The translations under genes were made by a program, and so were the position numbers. The notes beneath the pieces are model-generated. The model had not been told where the DNA came from. It was given only the letters and a program-made list of their open reading frames with translations, and ran no database searches. Of a stretch of 64,000 bases of DNA, positions 48,141 to 57,619 are shown in pieces (position 1 is the stretch's first letter; each line of letters starts with the position of its first letter). The DNA comes from an uncultured Gammaproteobacteria bacterium (GTDB lineage: Bacteria; Patescibacteriota; Microgenomatia; UBA8517): positions 111,333 through 175,332 of the forward strand of contig CAZOVJ010000002.1 in assembly GCA_964583685.1 (NCBI GenBank). The letters run 5' to 3'.

Positions 48141-49158
48141 CAGATTTGGATTTTTTCTTCCCCTTCTTTTTTATCTCTTCAACCTCAATTACCCAATTAA
48201 CAAGCTGTCCTGCTAATTTTACGTTTTGGCCTTCTTTGCCAATTGCCAAAGAAAGCTGGTCCTCAGGAACAATAACTTTAGCCAACTTCTTTTTCTTATC
48301 TAATTCAACGCCACCGATTTCGGCTGGAGCCATAACGCCCTTAATGAAATCTTCCGGCTTATCAGACCAAGGAATAACATCAATCCTTTCTCCTCCTAAT
48401 TCACTGGTTACTGCCTGAACCCGAACTCCCTTTTGGCCAACACAGGATCCAACCGGATCTATTCCAGATTGACTAGAAAAAACAGCCAATTTTGTTCTTA
48501 CTCCCGGTTTTCTGGCAATTGCCTTTAGCTCAACGCTTTTAGAGGCAACCTCAGGAACTTCCCTTTCAAAAAGTTTTTTAACAAATTCCACGTCGGCACG
48601 AGATAAAATAATTTCTTTGCCACGAAGACCTTCTTTTATCTCTTTTAGCAAAAACATTAATCTCTGATTAGGAATAAGCCTCTCATTGGGAATCCTCTCT
48701 ATTGCCGGCATTCTTGCTTCTGTTCTTCCCAAGTCCACTCTTACGTCTGGGCCATCAAAGCGAAGAATTTTCCCAGAAACTAATGTTCCTACCCGAGCAG
48801 TAAACTCATCCATTATTACTCCCTTTTCCGCTTCTCTAATCTTCTGATAAATAACTTGTTTTGCTGTTTGGGCGGCGATTCGACCAAAACCTGGAGGAGT
48901 AACCTCTTTCTTCTTTTTGGGTTTATCCGGATGATAGGCGAAAATTTTCACTTTCCCACTAACTGGGTCTATCTCAACCTCATATTCAAAATCCACTACC
49001 TCGTCTCCATGGTCTCGTGCATCCCTCTTAAAAGCAGCAATAATTGCCTGCTTGATTGTTTCAATAATAACCTTGGTATCCAAGCCTCGCTCATTGGCGA
49101 TGGCTTTTAATGCCTGGGTAAATTCTGTTCTTGGTATTTGTACCATAGCTCCTTTCAA
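48127..49158 (-). CDS. nusA: Transcription termination/antitermination factor NusA
   Basis: N-terminal domain, S1 domain and two KH domains (…GPDVRVDLGRTEARMP…VGSCVGQKGVRVQAV…). Confidence 0.85.
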   Translation of the reverse strand: MKGAMVQIPRTEFTQALKAIANERGLDTKVIIETIKQAIIAAFKRDARDHGDEVVDFEYEVEIDPVSGKVKIFAYHPDKPKKKKEVTPPGFGRIAAQTAKQVIYQKIREAEKGVIMDEFTARVGTLVSGKILRFDGPDVRVDLGRTEARMPAIERIPNERLIPNQRLMFLLKEIKEGLRGKEIILSRADVEFVKKLFEREVPEVASKSVELKAIARKPGVRTKLAVFSSQSGIDPVGSCVGQKGVRVQAVTSELGGERIDVIPWSDKPEDFIKGVMAPAEIGGVELDKKKKLAKVIVPEDQLSLAIGKEGQNVKLAGQLVNWVIEVEEIKKKGKKKSKSDEKQ

Positions 49159-49166
49159 TCTGTCTT

Positions 49167-49195
49167 AACAAAAACGGTGGGCACTCATCCCACCG
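49167..49195 (-). terminator. Rho-independent terminator-like hairpin downstream of the PP2C gene
   Basis: On the reverse strand, CGGTGGG-ATGAGTG-CCCACCG (6-7 bp GC-rich stem) is followed by TTTTTGTT. Confidence 0.5.
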
Positions 49196-49232
49196 CTCCT
49201 TAAATCCTAACCTGTTTCCCAGTTTACTCCAC

Positions 49233-50108
49233 TTATTCTGGCAAGTCAATCGCTATGACGCTCGTGTCGTCTGGTTTACGTCTGAAATTCTCCTCATCTT
49301 GAGCTCTGCTTTGAGCTTGACTAACCAGTTTTCTGGCTATCCCTTTTATTCCATTTCCACCTCCTTGGATAATCTCTTCTATCTCACTATCTCTCAGATT
49401 GTCAGATACCCCATCCGAAACAAGAATCATCCTGTCTCCAGCTTGAAGTGAAACAATCCTTTCATTCGGTTCTACTTTAGAGGGTCCTCCCAGTCCATTG
49501 GTAATGACATTTCTAGTATTGAAAAACACTTTTTGGTATAGAGTTGTAATTTTTTCTATATTCGCCATCTTTATCTGAATTTCCTTTGCCTCCTTTTTGC
49601 TCATTCTCCTCAAGGGATCAATATCATCCACGGTCAGATGTTGAAGTTCTCCTTCCCTAAATAAATAAATCCTACTATCGCCAGCATTACCAATAACAGC
49701 ATAAGTTCCATCCTTATCTCGAAAGAGTGCTACTGCAGAAACCGTAGTACCGCCTAATTTTTCCTTTCTGACTTCTTCATCAGCTGAATATATCGCCTTT
49801 ACCATCAACTCTCTTGCCTTTTCGCGGTCAAGAGGCTTATCTTCACTTCTCGAGCTAAATACTCTTTCTATCTCTTTAGCCCCAGTTTGCGCTGCCTGAG
49901 CAGAGCCTTTTCCCCTACCAATCCCATCGCAAAGGATAAACAAGGCCTCTTTTTCATTAACCAATATGCAGTCTCGATTTTCAGTCTCGCCAGGCCGTTC
50001 TTCACTTTTGGAATCTACCCTAAAACGAACAATAGGAGGAGCTTCTCCGCTTCTTATCTCCTCTTCCCCTGGCATAAAATCAAAGTCCTTCCTTTTCCAT
50101 CTCTCCAA
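49233..50108 (-). CDS. PP2C-family Ser/Thr protein phosphatase
   Basis: PPM motifs: ILCDGIGRGKGS..., GTTVSAVAL, IGNAGDSRIY, LVSDGVSDNL and DDTSVIAI. Confidence 0.7.
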   Translation of the reverse strand: MERWKRKDFDFMPGEEEIRSGEAPPIVRFRVDSKSEERPGETENRDCILVNEKEALFILCDGIGRGKGSAQAAQTGAKEIERVFSSRSEDKPLDREKARELMVKAIYSADEEVRKEKLGGTTVSAVALFRDKDGTYAVIGNAGDSRIYLFREGELQHLTVDDIDPLRRMSKKEAKEIQIKMANIEKITTLYQKVFFNTRNVITNGLGGPSKVEPNERIVSLQAGDRMILVSDGVSDNLRDSEIEEIIQGGGNGIKGIARKLVSQAQSRAQDEENFRRKPDDTSVIAIDLPE

Positions 50109-50946
50109 CCAATCTTTTTTGCTGACGGCTGAGTCGGCTAGGAACAGCTATGTTTATCCGAACATACTGGTCCCCACGGCCACGAAGTTGGACTATTCCC
50201 TTGCCTCGAAGACGAATCATTGTTCCGGGTTGAGTCCCAGGCCGAATCTTTAACTTTATCTCCCCATCATTAATAGTTGGCACTTCAATATTTCCTCCTA
50301 GGGCTGCCAATGAGTAGGGAATATTTACCCGTACAAAGATATCAGAACCGTCTCTTTCAAAAATATCGTGAGGTTTGACATTAAGAGAAAGGATAAAATC
50401 CCTAAAATTAATCCTTGTACCATCGTCAACTCCAGCCGGTATTTTTATTTTTCTCTTTCTGCCTCCTATCTCTATCTCCTTCTCGACTCCCTTGACCGCC
50501 TCCATAAAATCAATCGTCAAACTATAACGGGGAATCCTTGACCGACGAAAAGGAGAAGCCCCGGAAAAAAACTGTTCAAAGATTTCAAATGGATCGCCAA
50601 AATCAAAACCAGCAAAAGGGCTACCACCCGTGCTTGTGTAAGTATAAGTAAATGGACCCCAACGGCCTGTTTGACCAAACGGTCCAGCCGTGCCAAATCC
50701 AGGTGCACCACCAGGAGAAAAGGCTGTATGGCCAAACTGGTCATAAGCCCGCCTTTTCTCCGAATCAGAAAGAATTTGATATGCCTGATTTATCTCTTTG
50801 AAGCGTTTCTCAGCAACTTCCTTATTATACTTATGTTTATCAGGGTGCCACTCCAGGGCTTGCTTCCTATAAGCCCTTTTTATCTCCTCAGCCGAAGAAT
50901 CCTTGGAGATTCCCAAAATGTCATAATAATCACTTTTCGCCGCCAC
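50080..50946 (-). CDS. dnaJ: J-domain co-chaperone (DnaJ/CbpA type II, without the Cys-rich zinc-finger repeats)
   Basis: J domain with HPD (DYYDILGISKDSSAEEIKRAYRKQALEWHPDKH), a G/F-rich region and a C-terminal substrate-binding domain. There are no CxxCxGxG repeats. Confidence 0.8.
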   Translation of the reverse strand: MAAKSDYYDILGISKDSSAEEIKRAYRKQALEWHPDKHKYNKEVAEKRFKEINQAYQILSDSEKRRAYDQFGHTAFSPGGAPGFGTAGPFGQTGRWGPFTYTYTSTGGSPFAGFDFGDPFEIFEQFFSGASPFRRSRIPRYSLTIDFMEAVKGVEKEIEIGGRKRKIKIPAGVDDGTRINFRDFILSLNVKPHDIFERDGSDIFVRVNIPYSLAALGGNIEVPTINDGEIKLKIRPGTQPGTMIRLRGKGIVQLRGRGDQYVRINIAVPSRLSRQQKRLVGEMEKEGL

Positions 50947-50950
50947 ACCC

Positions 50951-52846
50951 TTAGTTTACTACTTCCCCTTCTTCCGCTTTTTCCTTATCCTTAGTTTTCT
51001 TACTCTTTGTCTTAGTTTGTTTCTTGCTTGGCTGGCCCGGTGAAGAACCTGCTGAACCATACATGGCCGCCCCTATCTTTTGAAGCTCTTCAGACAACTC
51101 CTGAGTTTTCTTTTCCAGTTTCTCTTTATCGGCCTTATCTAAAACTTCCTTGAGAGCCTTAATTTTTTCTTCTACCTTTTCCTTGACACTTTTAGAAACC
51201 TTATCCCCTGCATCCTTTAAGGCTTTCTCCGAGGCAGCAATCAGAGAATCAGCCTTGTTCCTAGCCTCAATCTGGCCAGCCTTTTTCTCATCTTCTTCTT
51301 TATACTTCTTGGCCTCTTCCTGCATTCTTTTAATTTCATCTTCTGAAAGACCAACCGCACCGGTTATAGTTATATTTTGAGTTTTTCCAGTTGCCTTATC
51401 TTGAGCAGTAACCTTCAAGATTCCCGAAGCATCAATGTCGAAAGTGACCTCTATTTGGGGCATTCCCCGAGGGGCTGGAGGAATTCCGTCAAGAGTAAAG
51501 CGACCAAGGCTTTTATTGTCAGCAGATATCGACCGCTCTCCTTGGGTAACATGAATTTCAACCTGTGTTTGGTTATCGGCCGCGGTTGAGAAAATGTTTT
51601 TCTTGGAAGTTGGAATTGTTGTATTTCTCGAAATCATCGCCGTGGCTACCCCTCCAAGGGTTTCAATGGCCAGGGTCAAGGGCGTCACATCAAGAAGCAA
51701 AACATCTTTCACCTCGCCTGCCAAAACCCCTGCCTGAATGGCTGCCCCCACAGCCACCACCTCATCCGGATTAACACTTTTGTTGGGCTCTTTGTCAAAA
51801 TATTCTTTAACTGCCTGGATCACCTTGGGCATCCTGGTCATCCCACCGACTAAAATAACCTCGTCCACGTCATGAGGATCAAGTTTGGCATCTTTCAAGC
51901 ATGCCTCGACCGGTTTCATTGCCCTTTCAATCAAATCCTCAACCAAGCTCTCATACTTAGCCCGGGTCAGTTTCATGGTCAAATGAAATGGTCGGCCGTC
52001 TTTTTGGGTTATATAGGGTTGATTTATTTCAACCTCTGAGGCAGCCGAAAGCTCAATCTTAGCCTTCTCAGCCGTATCTCTAATCCTTTGTAGAGCCTGT
52101 CTGTCGGCTTTCAGGTCAACGCTATATTCCTTTTTAAACTCGGCCACAATCCAATCAACAATCTTCTCGTCAAAATCATCCCCTCCCAGATGAGTATCAC
52201 CATTAGTTGCTTTTACCTCAAATACTCCATCTCCAAGCTCCAAAATTGAAATATCAAAGGTTCCTCCACCCAAATCATAAACAGCAATCTTTTCTGTCTT
52301 TTTTTTATCCAACCCATAAGCAAGAGCGGCTGCTGTTGGTTCGTTGATAATTCTCTTAACCTTAAGCCCGGCGATTTCTCCCGCCTGTTTTGTAGTCTGG
52401 CGCTGAGAATCATCAAAGTAAGCAGGAACAGTAATCACTGCCTCCTCAACCCCTTCACCCAGATAAGCTTCGGCGTCTTTCTTAAGTTTGCCAAGAATCC
52501 TGGCTGAAATTTCTTGAGGAGTGTAGGTCTTGCCTTCAACCTCAACAACTACCATCGAATCCTTGCCTGATTTGACTAAGTAGGGAACCATTTTTTGGGT
52601 TTTCTTTACCTGCGCATCGCTAATCCTTCTCCCCATTAAGCGTTTAATAGAGTAAATAGTATTCTTGGGATTAAGAATCATCTGTCGTTTAGCCACATCA
52701 CCAATGAGATTCTTGACCGGCTCAACAGCCGAGGGTGTAAGATTTCGACCAGTATCAGCCGCAGGAATGACCTTTGGACGTCCTCCTTCCATCACTGCCA
52801 CGACACTGTTCGTGGTTCCCAAATCAATTCCAATAATTTTTCCCAT
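50951..52846 (-). CDS. dnaK: Chaperone DnaK (Hsp70)
   Basis: [22 protein letters not shown] and other Hsp70 signatures; 631 aa. Confidence 0.95.
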   Translation of the reverse strand: MGKIIGIDLGTTNSVVAVMEGGRPKVIPAADTGRNLTPSAVEPVKNLIGDVAKRQMILNPKNTIYSIKRLMGRRISDAQVKKTQKMVPYLVKSGKDSMVVVEVEGKTYTPQEISARILGKLKKDAEAYLGEGVEEAVITVPAYFDDSQRQTTKQAGEIAGLKVKRIINEPTAAALAYGLDKKKTEKIAVYDLGGGTFDISILELGDGVFEVKATNGDTHLGGDDFDEKIVDWIVAEFKKEYSVDLKADRQALQRIRDTAEKAKIELSAASEVEINQPYITQKDGRPFHLTMKLTRAKYESLVEDLIERAMKPVEACLKDAKLDPHDVDEVILVGGMTRMPKVIQAVKEYFDKEPNKSVNPDEVVAVGAAIQAGVLAGEVKDVLLLDVTPLTLAIETLGGVATAMISRNTTIPTSKKNIFSTAADNQTQVEIHVTQGERSISADNKSLGRFTLDGIPPAPRGMPQIEVTFDIDASGILKVTAQDKATGKTQNITITGAVGLSEDEIKRMQEEAKKYKEEDEKKAGQIEARNKADSLIAASEKALKDAGDKVSKSVKEKVEEKIKALKEVLDKADKEKLEKKTQELSEELQKIGAAMYGSAGSSPGQPSKKQTKTKSKKTKDKEKAEEGEVVN

Positions 52847-52849
52847 ACT

Positions 52850-53269
52850 TTATTTATACACCTGAACTCGAGCTGGCCTGATAATTGGACCGTCTTTAAA
52901 CTTCCAACCAGCCAAAAGAACTTTGGCAATCATTCCCTTTTTCCCGCCAGCGACAATTTCCACTGTCTCATGTATTTTTTCATCAAATTTTATTCCTCTA
53001 CCTGCCTTAATTCCCTGTACATTTTCGTCTTTCAGTATATCTCTGAATTCTTTTATTATAATGGCCAATCCCTGATCCTGAAAGTGCTTCTGTGCATCTT
53101 CAAGCATATCTAAAAGGCTTAGGAATCTGGCTATGAGTCTCATGTTCATCAACTTTCCAATCTCTGCTCTCTCTTTCTCAACCCTTTTCCTCAAATTATC
53201 ATAATCAGCCAGTGCCCGAGCCAGTTGATTCTCTAATTCAGATTTGGTTCTGGATTTAGATCTACTCAT
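52850..53269 (-). CDS. grpE: Nucleotide exchange factor GrpE
   Basis: Coiled-coil N-terminus and a beta-sheet C-terminus (…GMIAKVLLAGWKFKDGPIIRPARVQV). Confidence 0.8.
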   Translation of the reverse strand: MSRSKSRTKSELENQLARALADYDNLRKRVEKERAEIGKLMNMRLIARFLSLLDMLEDAQKHFQDQGLAIIIKEFRDILKDENVQGIKAGRGIKFDEKIHETVEIVAGGKKGMIAKVLLAGWKFKDGPIIRPARVQVYK

Positions 53270-54005
53270 CAGCTTCCAAACACTCTTGGATTAAATTCCC
53301 AAAATACTTAACCATTGGTATAATAGCCGAGTAGTTAAGCCGAAAGGGACCGATTACTCCAATCGCCCCATCTTTCCTGGCAGCAGAAAATCGAGTAGCA
53401 ACCATCCCTATCGGCTTAAAATCGGGCCAGCCTAGCTCCTCACCAAAAAGCACCTCAATCGATGAAAGGCCAGTTAATCTTTCAAAGAAAAGTTCATGAA
53501 GTCTTTTGCCTTCTTCCAAAAAAGAAAAAAGACTTCGACAAACCTGCAAGTCTGAGAATTCAGGGCTTGCAAATAGATGAGCATAACCCCAGCGCCAGAC
53601 ATTGCCTTCGTCACTCAATCCTACTGCCAAAGTCTGAGTCTTATCCGCCAAGACCTGTGTTGCTTCAGACATCAGCTGCTCAAAATTATGACCTACATTT
53701 TGTAACTTGAGTTTTGCTTTCACCTCGTCTGTCAAGTTTATCTGTTTCTCTTCCATCAGCTGATTTATATAAAACTTCATGGCCAGAGGAGTAGGCACTC
53801 TTCCCGCTGAAGTGTGCGGCTGCCTCAAATATCCAAATTTAAGCAGATTTCCCATTTCTTTTCGAATCGTTGCCGGCGAGACCCCTAGATTATATTTCTT
53901 TTCTAAAGAAACCGAGCCGACCGGTTCTGCTGTAGCAATATATTCATCTATTAAAGATTTCAATATTTGGGTCTGCCTTGCGTTCAATGCCGCTGTCATT
54001 AGCAT
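53262..54005 (-). CDS. hrcA: Heat-inducible transcription repressor HrcA
   Basis: Winged-helix N-terminus (LNARQTQILKSLIDEYIATAEPVGSVSL...). The ORF-track GTG start at 54023 overlaps the CIRCE element, so the ATG at 54005 is preferred. Confidence 0.8.
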   Translation of the reverse strand: MLMTAALNARQTQILKSLIDEYIATAEPVGSVSLEKKYNLGVSPATIRKEMGNLLKFGYLRQPHTSAGRVPTPLAMKFYINQLMEEKQINLTDEVKAKLKLQNVGHNFEQLMSEATQVLADKTQTLAVGLSDEGNVWRWGYAHLFASPEFSDLQVCRSLFSFLEEGKRLHELFFERLTGLSSIEVLFGEELGWPDFKPIGMVATRFSAARKDGAIGVIGPFRLNYSAIIPMVKYFGNLIQECLEADE

Positions 54006-54016
54006 TCTATATACCA

Positions 54017-54043
54017 CTAGCACTCACCCATGTCAAGTGCTAA
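54017..54043. promoter_or_regulatory. CIRCE operator (HrcA binding site) for the hrcA-grpE-dnaK-dnaJ operon
   Basis: cTAGCACTC-acccatgtc-aAGTGCTAA matches the CIRCE consensus TTAGCACTC-N9-GAGTGCTAA as a 9-bp inverted repeat with a 9-nt spacer. It lies immediately upstream of hrcA. Confidence 0.75.
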
Positions 54044-55749
54044 TTTTGGATTTCGTGGGCAGGCGGGGTAAGAGGCTCTGGCTCTTTGGGCGGGGGTGAT
54101 ATTTTGAACTTCTTGATGCTATCAAATAAAGCAAAAAACTCTTTTGACTTTAAAACAAAAGAAATACCAAGATAGATGCCAAGGCCAACTGCAGCAACCA
54201 CTCCTGTTAGAATCAGCAAATTAAAGGTATAGCGCGTGTCTAAGACAAAACGCTCAAAGGGGAGAGCGGTGGCGTCAATTTTACTTAAAAAAGAAAGTCT
54301 TTTTACCCAGACAGACCTGTCGAAGAACTTTAAAAGAAAAAACATAACAGCTCCCGACATAAGAGATGCGATAACACTTTTGCAAACAGGCAATAAAGCG
54401 CTAAAAAGCGGAATCCCACCCACTTTTTTGCCCAAAAGATAAAAAAGGACCATTGCTTGAACCCCTACCCCAAAAGAGAAAGAGACGGCCAAAGAATAAA
54501 GTGGTAAAGAAAATCCCTTGACAAGAACAATATCAACCAAAATTATTAAAATAACGCTTGATAAAGAGACGATTACCGGAGTCCTCGTGTCATGAAGGGC
54601 ATAAAAAGCCCTGGCTAAAAGAGCAACTACTGCCTGGAAAACGATACCAACAGCAAAAGCAGATACTACCATGCCTGTTTGGACCGTGGCTTCCCAAGTG
54701 AAGTTTCTGGCACCAAAAACAAGTCTTACTAAGGGGATTCTTAAAACCATAAGAATCGTTGCCGTTGGTAGGACCAAAAAGACAATTTCATAAAAAGTTG
54801 TTAGAAAAGTTCTTCTGAATTTATTTAAATTGTCCCCTTGACGAGCCAGGGTTGGTAGAGCTGCCTTAGCCAAAGATGAACCAAAAAGGCTAACAGGTAA
54901 AAGCTGTAGGCTATTGGCAAAAGTAAAATATGTATAGGAAGCAGTTGATATCAGGGAAGCCAGAAAAAGCTCTACAGTTTTTTCTACCTGTAGGAAAGAA
55001 AGGTCGAGCACGCGGGGCAAGGCAAGCTTGCCAATCTTCTTGACAGTCTGATTTGGCCTAAGTTTAGCTGTAAATCTGAAGCCAAGCTTCCGGGCCAGAG
55101 GGAGCTGAACCAGCAAATGGGCCAAGGCTCCAACCACAACCCCGATAACTGGGGCAAAGAGGCCAAGACGTGAATTTAAGATTACTATTCCAAAAATTAT
55201 TCCCAAGTTATACAAAATCGGTGCAAAGGCAGGAACCAGAAATCTTCTCGAAGACTCAAGGACACCAGTTAAAACATAACTTATGACAAACAAACCCTGG
55301 GCAAGAAAAAGTATACGGGCTAAATTAACAATCCTCTCTATTTGGAAAACAGTGAAGCCCGGTGCAACCAAACTATAAATCTGTCTTGCCCAAATACCAA
55401 AGATAAAAGCCAGGGGAATAAAAATTAGCAGACCGATATTGACAACTCTAGCGGCAGTATCCCAGGCTTCTTTTTCCTTTAGTTTCAAGGTCTTCGTAAA
55501 TACTGGTATGAAGGCGGAGGAAAACATGCCGAAAACTAAAATTTCGAAAACTGTGTCCGGCAAGCGAAAGGCAGCAAAAAACAGAGAAAGCTCCTCTCCT
55601 GTAAAAAAGTGGACAAGAACCCTTTGGCGAACAAGGCCAAGAACACGAGAAGTAATAATCATAACCATAATTACGGTGGCAGCAGAAAGAATGGATTCCT
55701 GCGGAGAAGTTAAAATCCTTTTACCTTGAGAAAAGATTCTTCTAAACAT
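54040..55749 (-). CDS. murJ: Lipid II flippase MurJ (MviN family)
   Basis: 569-aa polytopic membrane protein with a MurJ-like N-terminus (…ILSAATVIMVMIITSRVLGLVRQRVLVHFFTGEELSLFFAAFRLP…). Confidence 0.7.
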   Translation of the reverse strand: MFRRIFSQGKRILTSPQESILSAATVIMVMIITSRVLGLVRQRVLVHFFTGEELSLFFAAFRLPDTVFEILVFGMFSSAFIPVFTKTLKLKEKEAWDTAARVVNIGLLIFIPLAFIFGIWARQIYSLVAPGFTVFQIERIVNLARILFLAQGLFVISYVLTGVLESSRRFLVPAFAPILYNLGIIFGIVILNSRLGLFAPVIGVVVGALAHLLVQLPLARKLGFRFTAKLRPNQTVKKIGKLALPRVLDLSFLQVEKTVELFLASLISTASYTYFTFANSLQLLPVSLFGSSLAKAALPTLARQGDNLNKFRRTFLTTFYEIVFLVLPTATILMVLRIPLVRLVFGARNFTWEATVQTGMVVSAFAVGIVFQAVVALLARAFYALHDTRTPVIVSLSSVILIILVDIVLVKGFSLPLYSLAVSFSFGVGVQAMVLFYLLGKKVGGIPLFSALLPVCKSVIASLMSGAVMFFLLKFFDRSVWVKRLSFLSKIDATALPFERFVLDTRYTFNLLILTGVVAAVGLGIYLGISFVLKSKEFFALFDSIKKFKISPPPKEPEPLTPPAHEIQN

Positions 55750-55750
55750 A

Positions 55751-55779
55751 TTGATATTCTTGTGTTTTTAAATTATACT
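55751..55779 (+). promoter_or_regulatory. Putative promoter for rpsT (TTGATA-17-TATACT)
   Basis: -35 TTGATA at 55751..55756, a 17-nt spacer, and -10 TATACT at 55774..55779. The predicted transcription start site lies at the first unit of a 14-nt tandem repeat. Confidence 0.45.
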
Positions 55780-55780
55780 C

Positions 55781-55808
55781 AGTCACTAATCACTAGTCAC
55801 TAATCACT
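55781..55808 (+). repeat. Perfect tandem direct repeat (AGTCACTAATCACT)x2 plus a partial third unit (ATTCACC) in the rpsT leader
   Basis: Read directly from the sequence: agtcactaatcact agtcactaatcact attcacc, ending 19 nt before the rpsT ATG. Confidence 0.8.
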
Positions 55809-55826
55809 ATTCACCAGATTACACCC

Positions 55827-56087
55827 ATGCCAGTAAGCAAAACAGCCAAAAGAGCCCTAAGGGCATCAAAAAAAAAGACCATTGTCAATAAGATTATCTT
55901 CAGCAATCTTGAAAAGGTTATGAGGCAGGCCAAAAAAGACAAGGTCCCTCAGACAATTAGGAAAGCCATTTCTTTGGCTGACCGGGCCGCAAAAAAGAAA
56001 ATAATTCACAAAAATAAAGCAGCCAGAATCAAAAGCTCTCTTTCAAAACTTCTGGCTAAGAGCAAAAAAAAGGCAGTCAAAAAGTAA
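55827..56087 (+). CDS. rpsT: 30S ribosomal protein S20
   Basis: 86 aa, basic and all-helical; the ...KKKIIHKNKAARIKSSLSKLL motif matches S20 (LIHKNKAARHKANL). Confidence 0.75.
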   Translation: MPVSKTAKRALRASKKKTIVNKIIFSNLEKVMRQAKKDKVPQTIRKAISLADRAAKKKIIHKNKAARIKSSLSKLLAKSKKKAVKK

Positions 56088-56133
56088 TCCAATATATGCT
56101 ATATTGAATTTAGTATTGGACTAAGACTATTTT

Positions 56134-56673
56134 ATGACTGCTCTACAGATTAATCTTTTACCTCAGGAAGAATTTGCCGCCTCCACTTTGGGGAGGATAT
56201 TAACTTGGTTACTTTCAACTTTCCGAATAATAGTAATTGTCACTGAAATGATTGTTATGTCTTCTTTTTTTCTCCGATTTTGGTTCGACGCCAAATTGAC
56301 TGACCTCTCTGAAGAGATTCAACAAAAACAAGCGATAATCAGTTCCTATTCTTCTTTTGAAAAGGATTTCAGGCTTGCCCAAAAAAAACTTAGGATATTC
56401 TCATCATCGACTTCTGACCAGAAAAGCCTAGAACTCTTCCAAGGTCTCATCTCTTGCTTACCGGAAAACATCCAGCTAAATTCCTATTCTGCCAGCCTCA
56501 ACGATTTGCAAATAAAAGCAATGAGTACCAACGAACAATCAATTGCTCAATTTATAGCCAACCTGGAAAACAAAGAACAATTTAAAAATGTTTCTTTGAG
56601 AAACCTTGAAACAAATAAGGACGACCTGTTCATTGGTTTCCTGATCAAAGTTAATCTGAAAGGAGATATATAA
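56134..56673 (+). CDS. pilN: PilN-like type IV pilus assembly protein
   Basis: N-terminal INLLPQEE signature (PilN INLLPWREE), a single TM, and a coiled-coil periplasmic domain. Confidence 0.55.
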   Translation: MTALQINLLPQEEFAASTLGRILTWLLSTFRIIVIVTEMIVMSSFFLRFWFDAKLTDLSEEIQQKQAIISSYSSFEKDFRLAQKKLRIFSSSTSDQKSLELFQGLISCLPENIQLNSYSASLNDLQIKAMSTNEQSIAQFIANLENKEQFKNVSLRNLETNKDDLFIGFLIKVNLKGDI

Positions 56674-57329
56674 TGGCTCTTGGTTGGAAACGAAGATATC
56701 TTCGTTATCAAAAATATTATTTAAATATCCTTGCCCTTTACAAAAAACGCCAGGATTTAAAAATGTTCTTAGAAATTCTTCTTTCTCTGGCCACAATTGC
56801 CTTTTTCGCTGTTTTTGCCTTGAAACCAACCCTCCTGACTATCGCCCAGCTAAAGAGGGAGGTAGATACTAAAAAAGAAACAGTCGTCAAAATGGAACAA
56901 AAAATTCAGAATTTGTCTCGTGCTTCAGCCCTTTTTAATCGAGAAATATCCAGGCTTTCACTGCTCGATACGGCTGTTCCGAGCAATCCTTCTCCCGGCT
57001 TAGAAGTAAGACAAATTGAAGGAATAGCGAAAAAAAATAAAGTAAGCATTTTGGGAATATCTCTAGGAGAAATTACCCTTGTCGGCCAAGAAAAGGAAAA
57101 GTTCAAAGAGAAAAAAGAGTTAAAAGAATTTCCTGAAGGAGCGAAAGCAATAAGTCTCTCGATTAATGTTTCGGGCACATATCCTGATTTGGTTGCCTTT
57201 CTTTCTGATTTAGAAAGCCTGAGAAGGCCATTGCGGATAGATGCAATCTCTTTTAATCTAATTTCCACAGAAGAAAAACAAACAATTGTCTTGACGCTAG
57301 CTGGCCGGGCACCTTATCTTAAGGACTAA
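56673..57329 (+). CDS. PilO-like membrane protein
   Basis: 218 aa; cytoplasmic basic N-terminus, one TM, and a coiled-coil plus alpha/beta C-terminal domain. The start overlaps the pilN stop (ATAATGG coupling). Confidence 0.4.
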   Translation: MALGWKRRYLRYQKYYLNILALYKKRQDLKMFLEILLSLATIAFFAVFALKPTLLTIAQLKREVDTKKETVVKMEQKIQNLSRASALFNREISRLSLLDTAVPSNPSPGLEVRQIEGIAKKNKVSILGISLGEITLVGQEKEKFKEKKELKEFPEGAKAISLSINVSGTYPDLVAFLSDLESLRRPLRIDAISFNLISTEEKQTIVLTLAGRAPYLKD

Positions 57330-57337
57330 ATAGCTTA

Positions 57338-57619
57338 ATGAAAAAACAAAGAGTCAAAACACCAAGTCTAGTTATCATCGCCATCCTGACGGTAATCACC
57401 ATCGCTTTTTGGATAGCATTCAATGTTTTTAGAACCCTGACTATAAAAACACCGTCGTCTGTTCCCCTGGAAATTCTCTCCCCTCTTAATCCCAATCTTG
57501 ACTCACCGGCCCTTAAAGGGCTACAAGAAAGGATACAATTAACAAACACAGAGATCGACAGCATGGAAGCACCGGAAATAAGTTCCTTGGCCAGTCCAGA
57601 AGGAGAAATTAATGAATAA
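57338..57619 (+). CDS. Small membrane-anchored protein (hypothetical, possibly PilP-like accessory)
   Basis: 93 aa, with a basic N-terminus, one TM, and an acidic Ser/Pro-containing tail. Confidence 0.35.
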   Translation: MKKQRVKTPSLVIIAILTVITIAFWIAFNVFRTLTIKTPSSVPLEILSPLNPNLDSPALKGLQERIQLTNTEIDSMEAPEISSLASPEGEINE

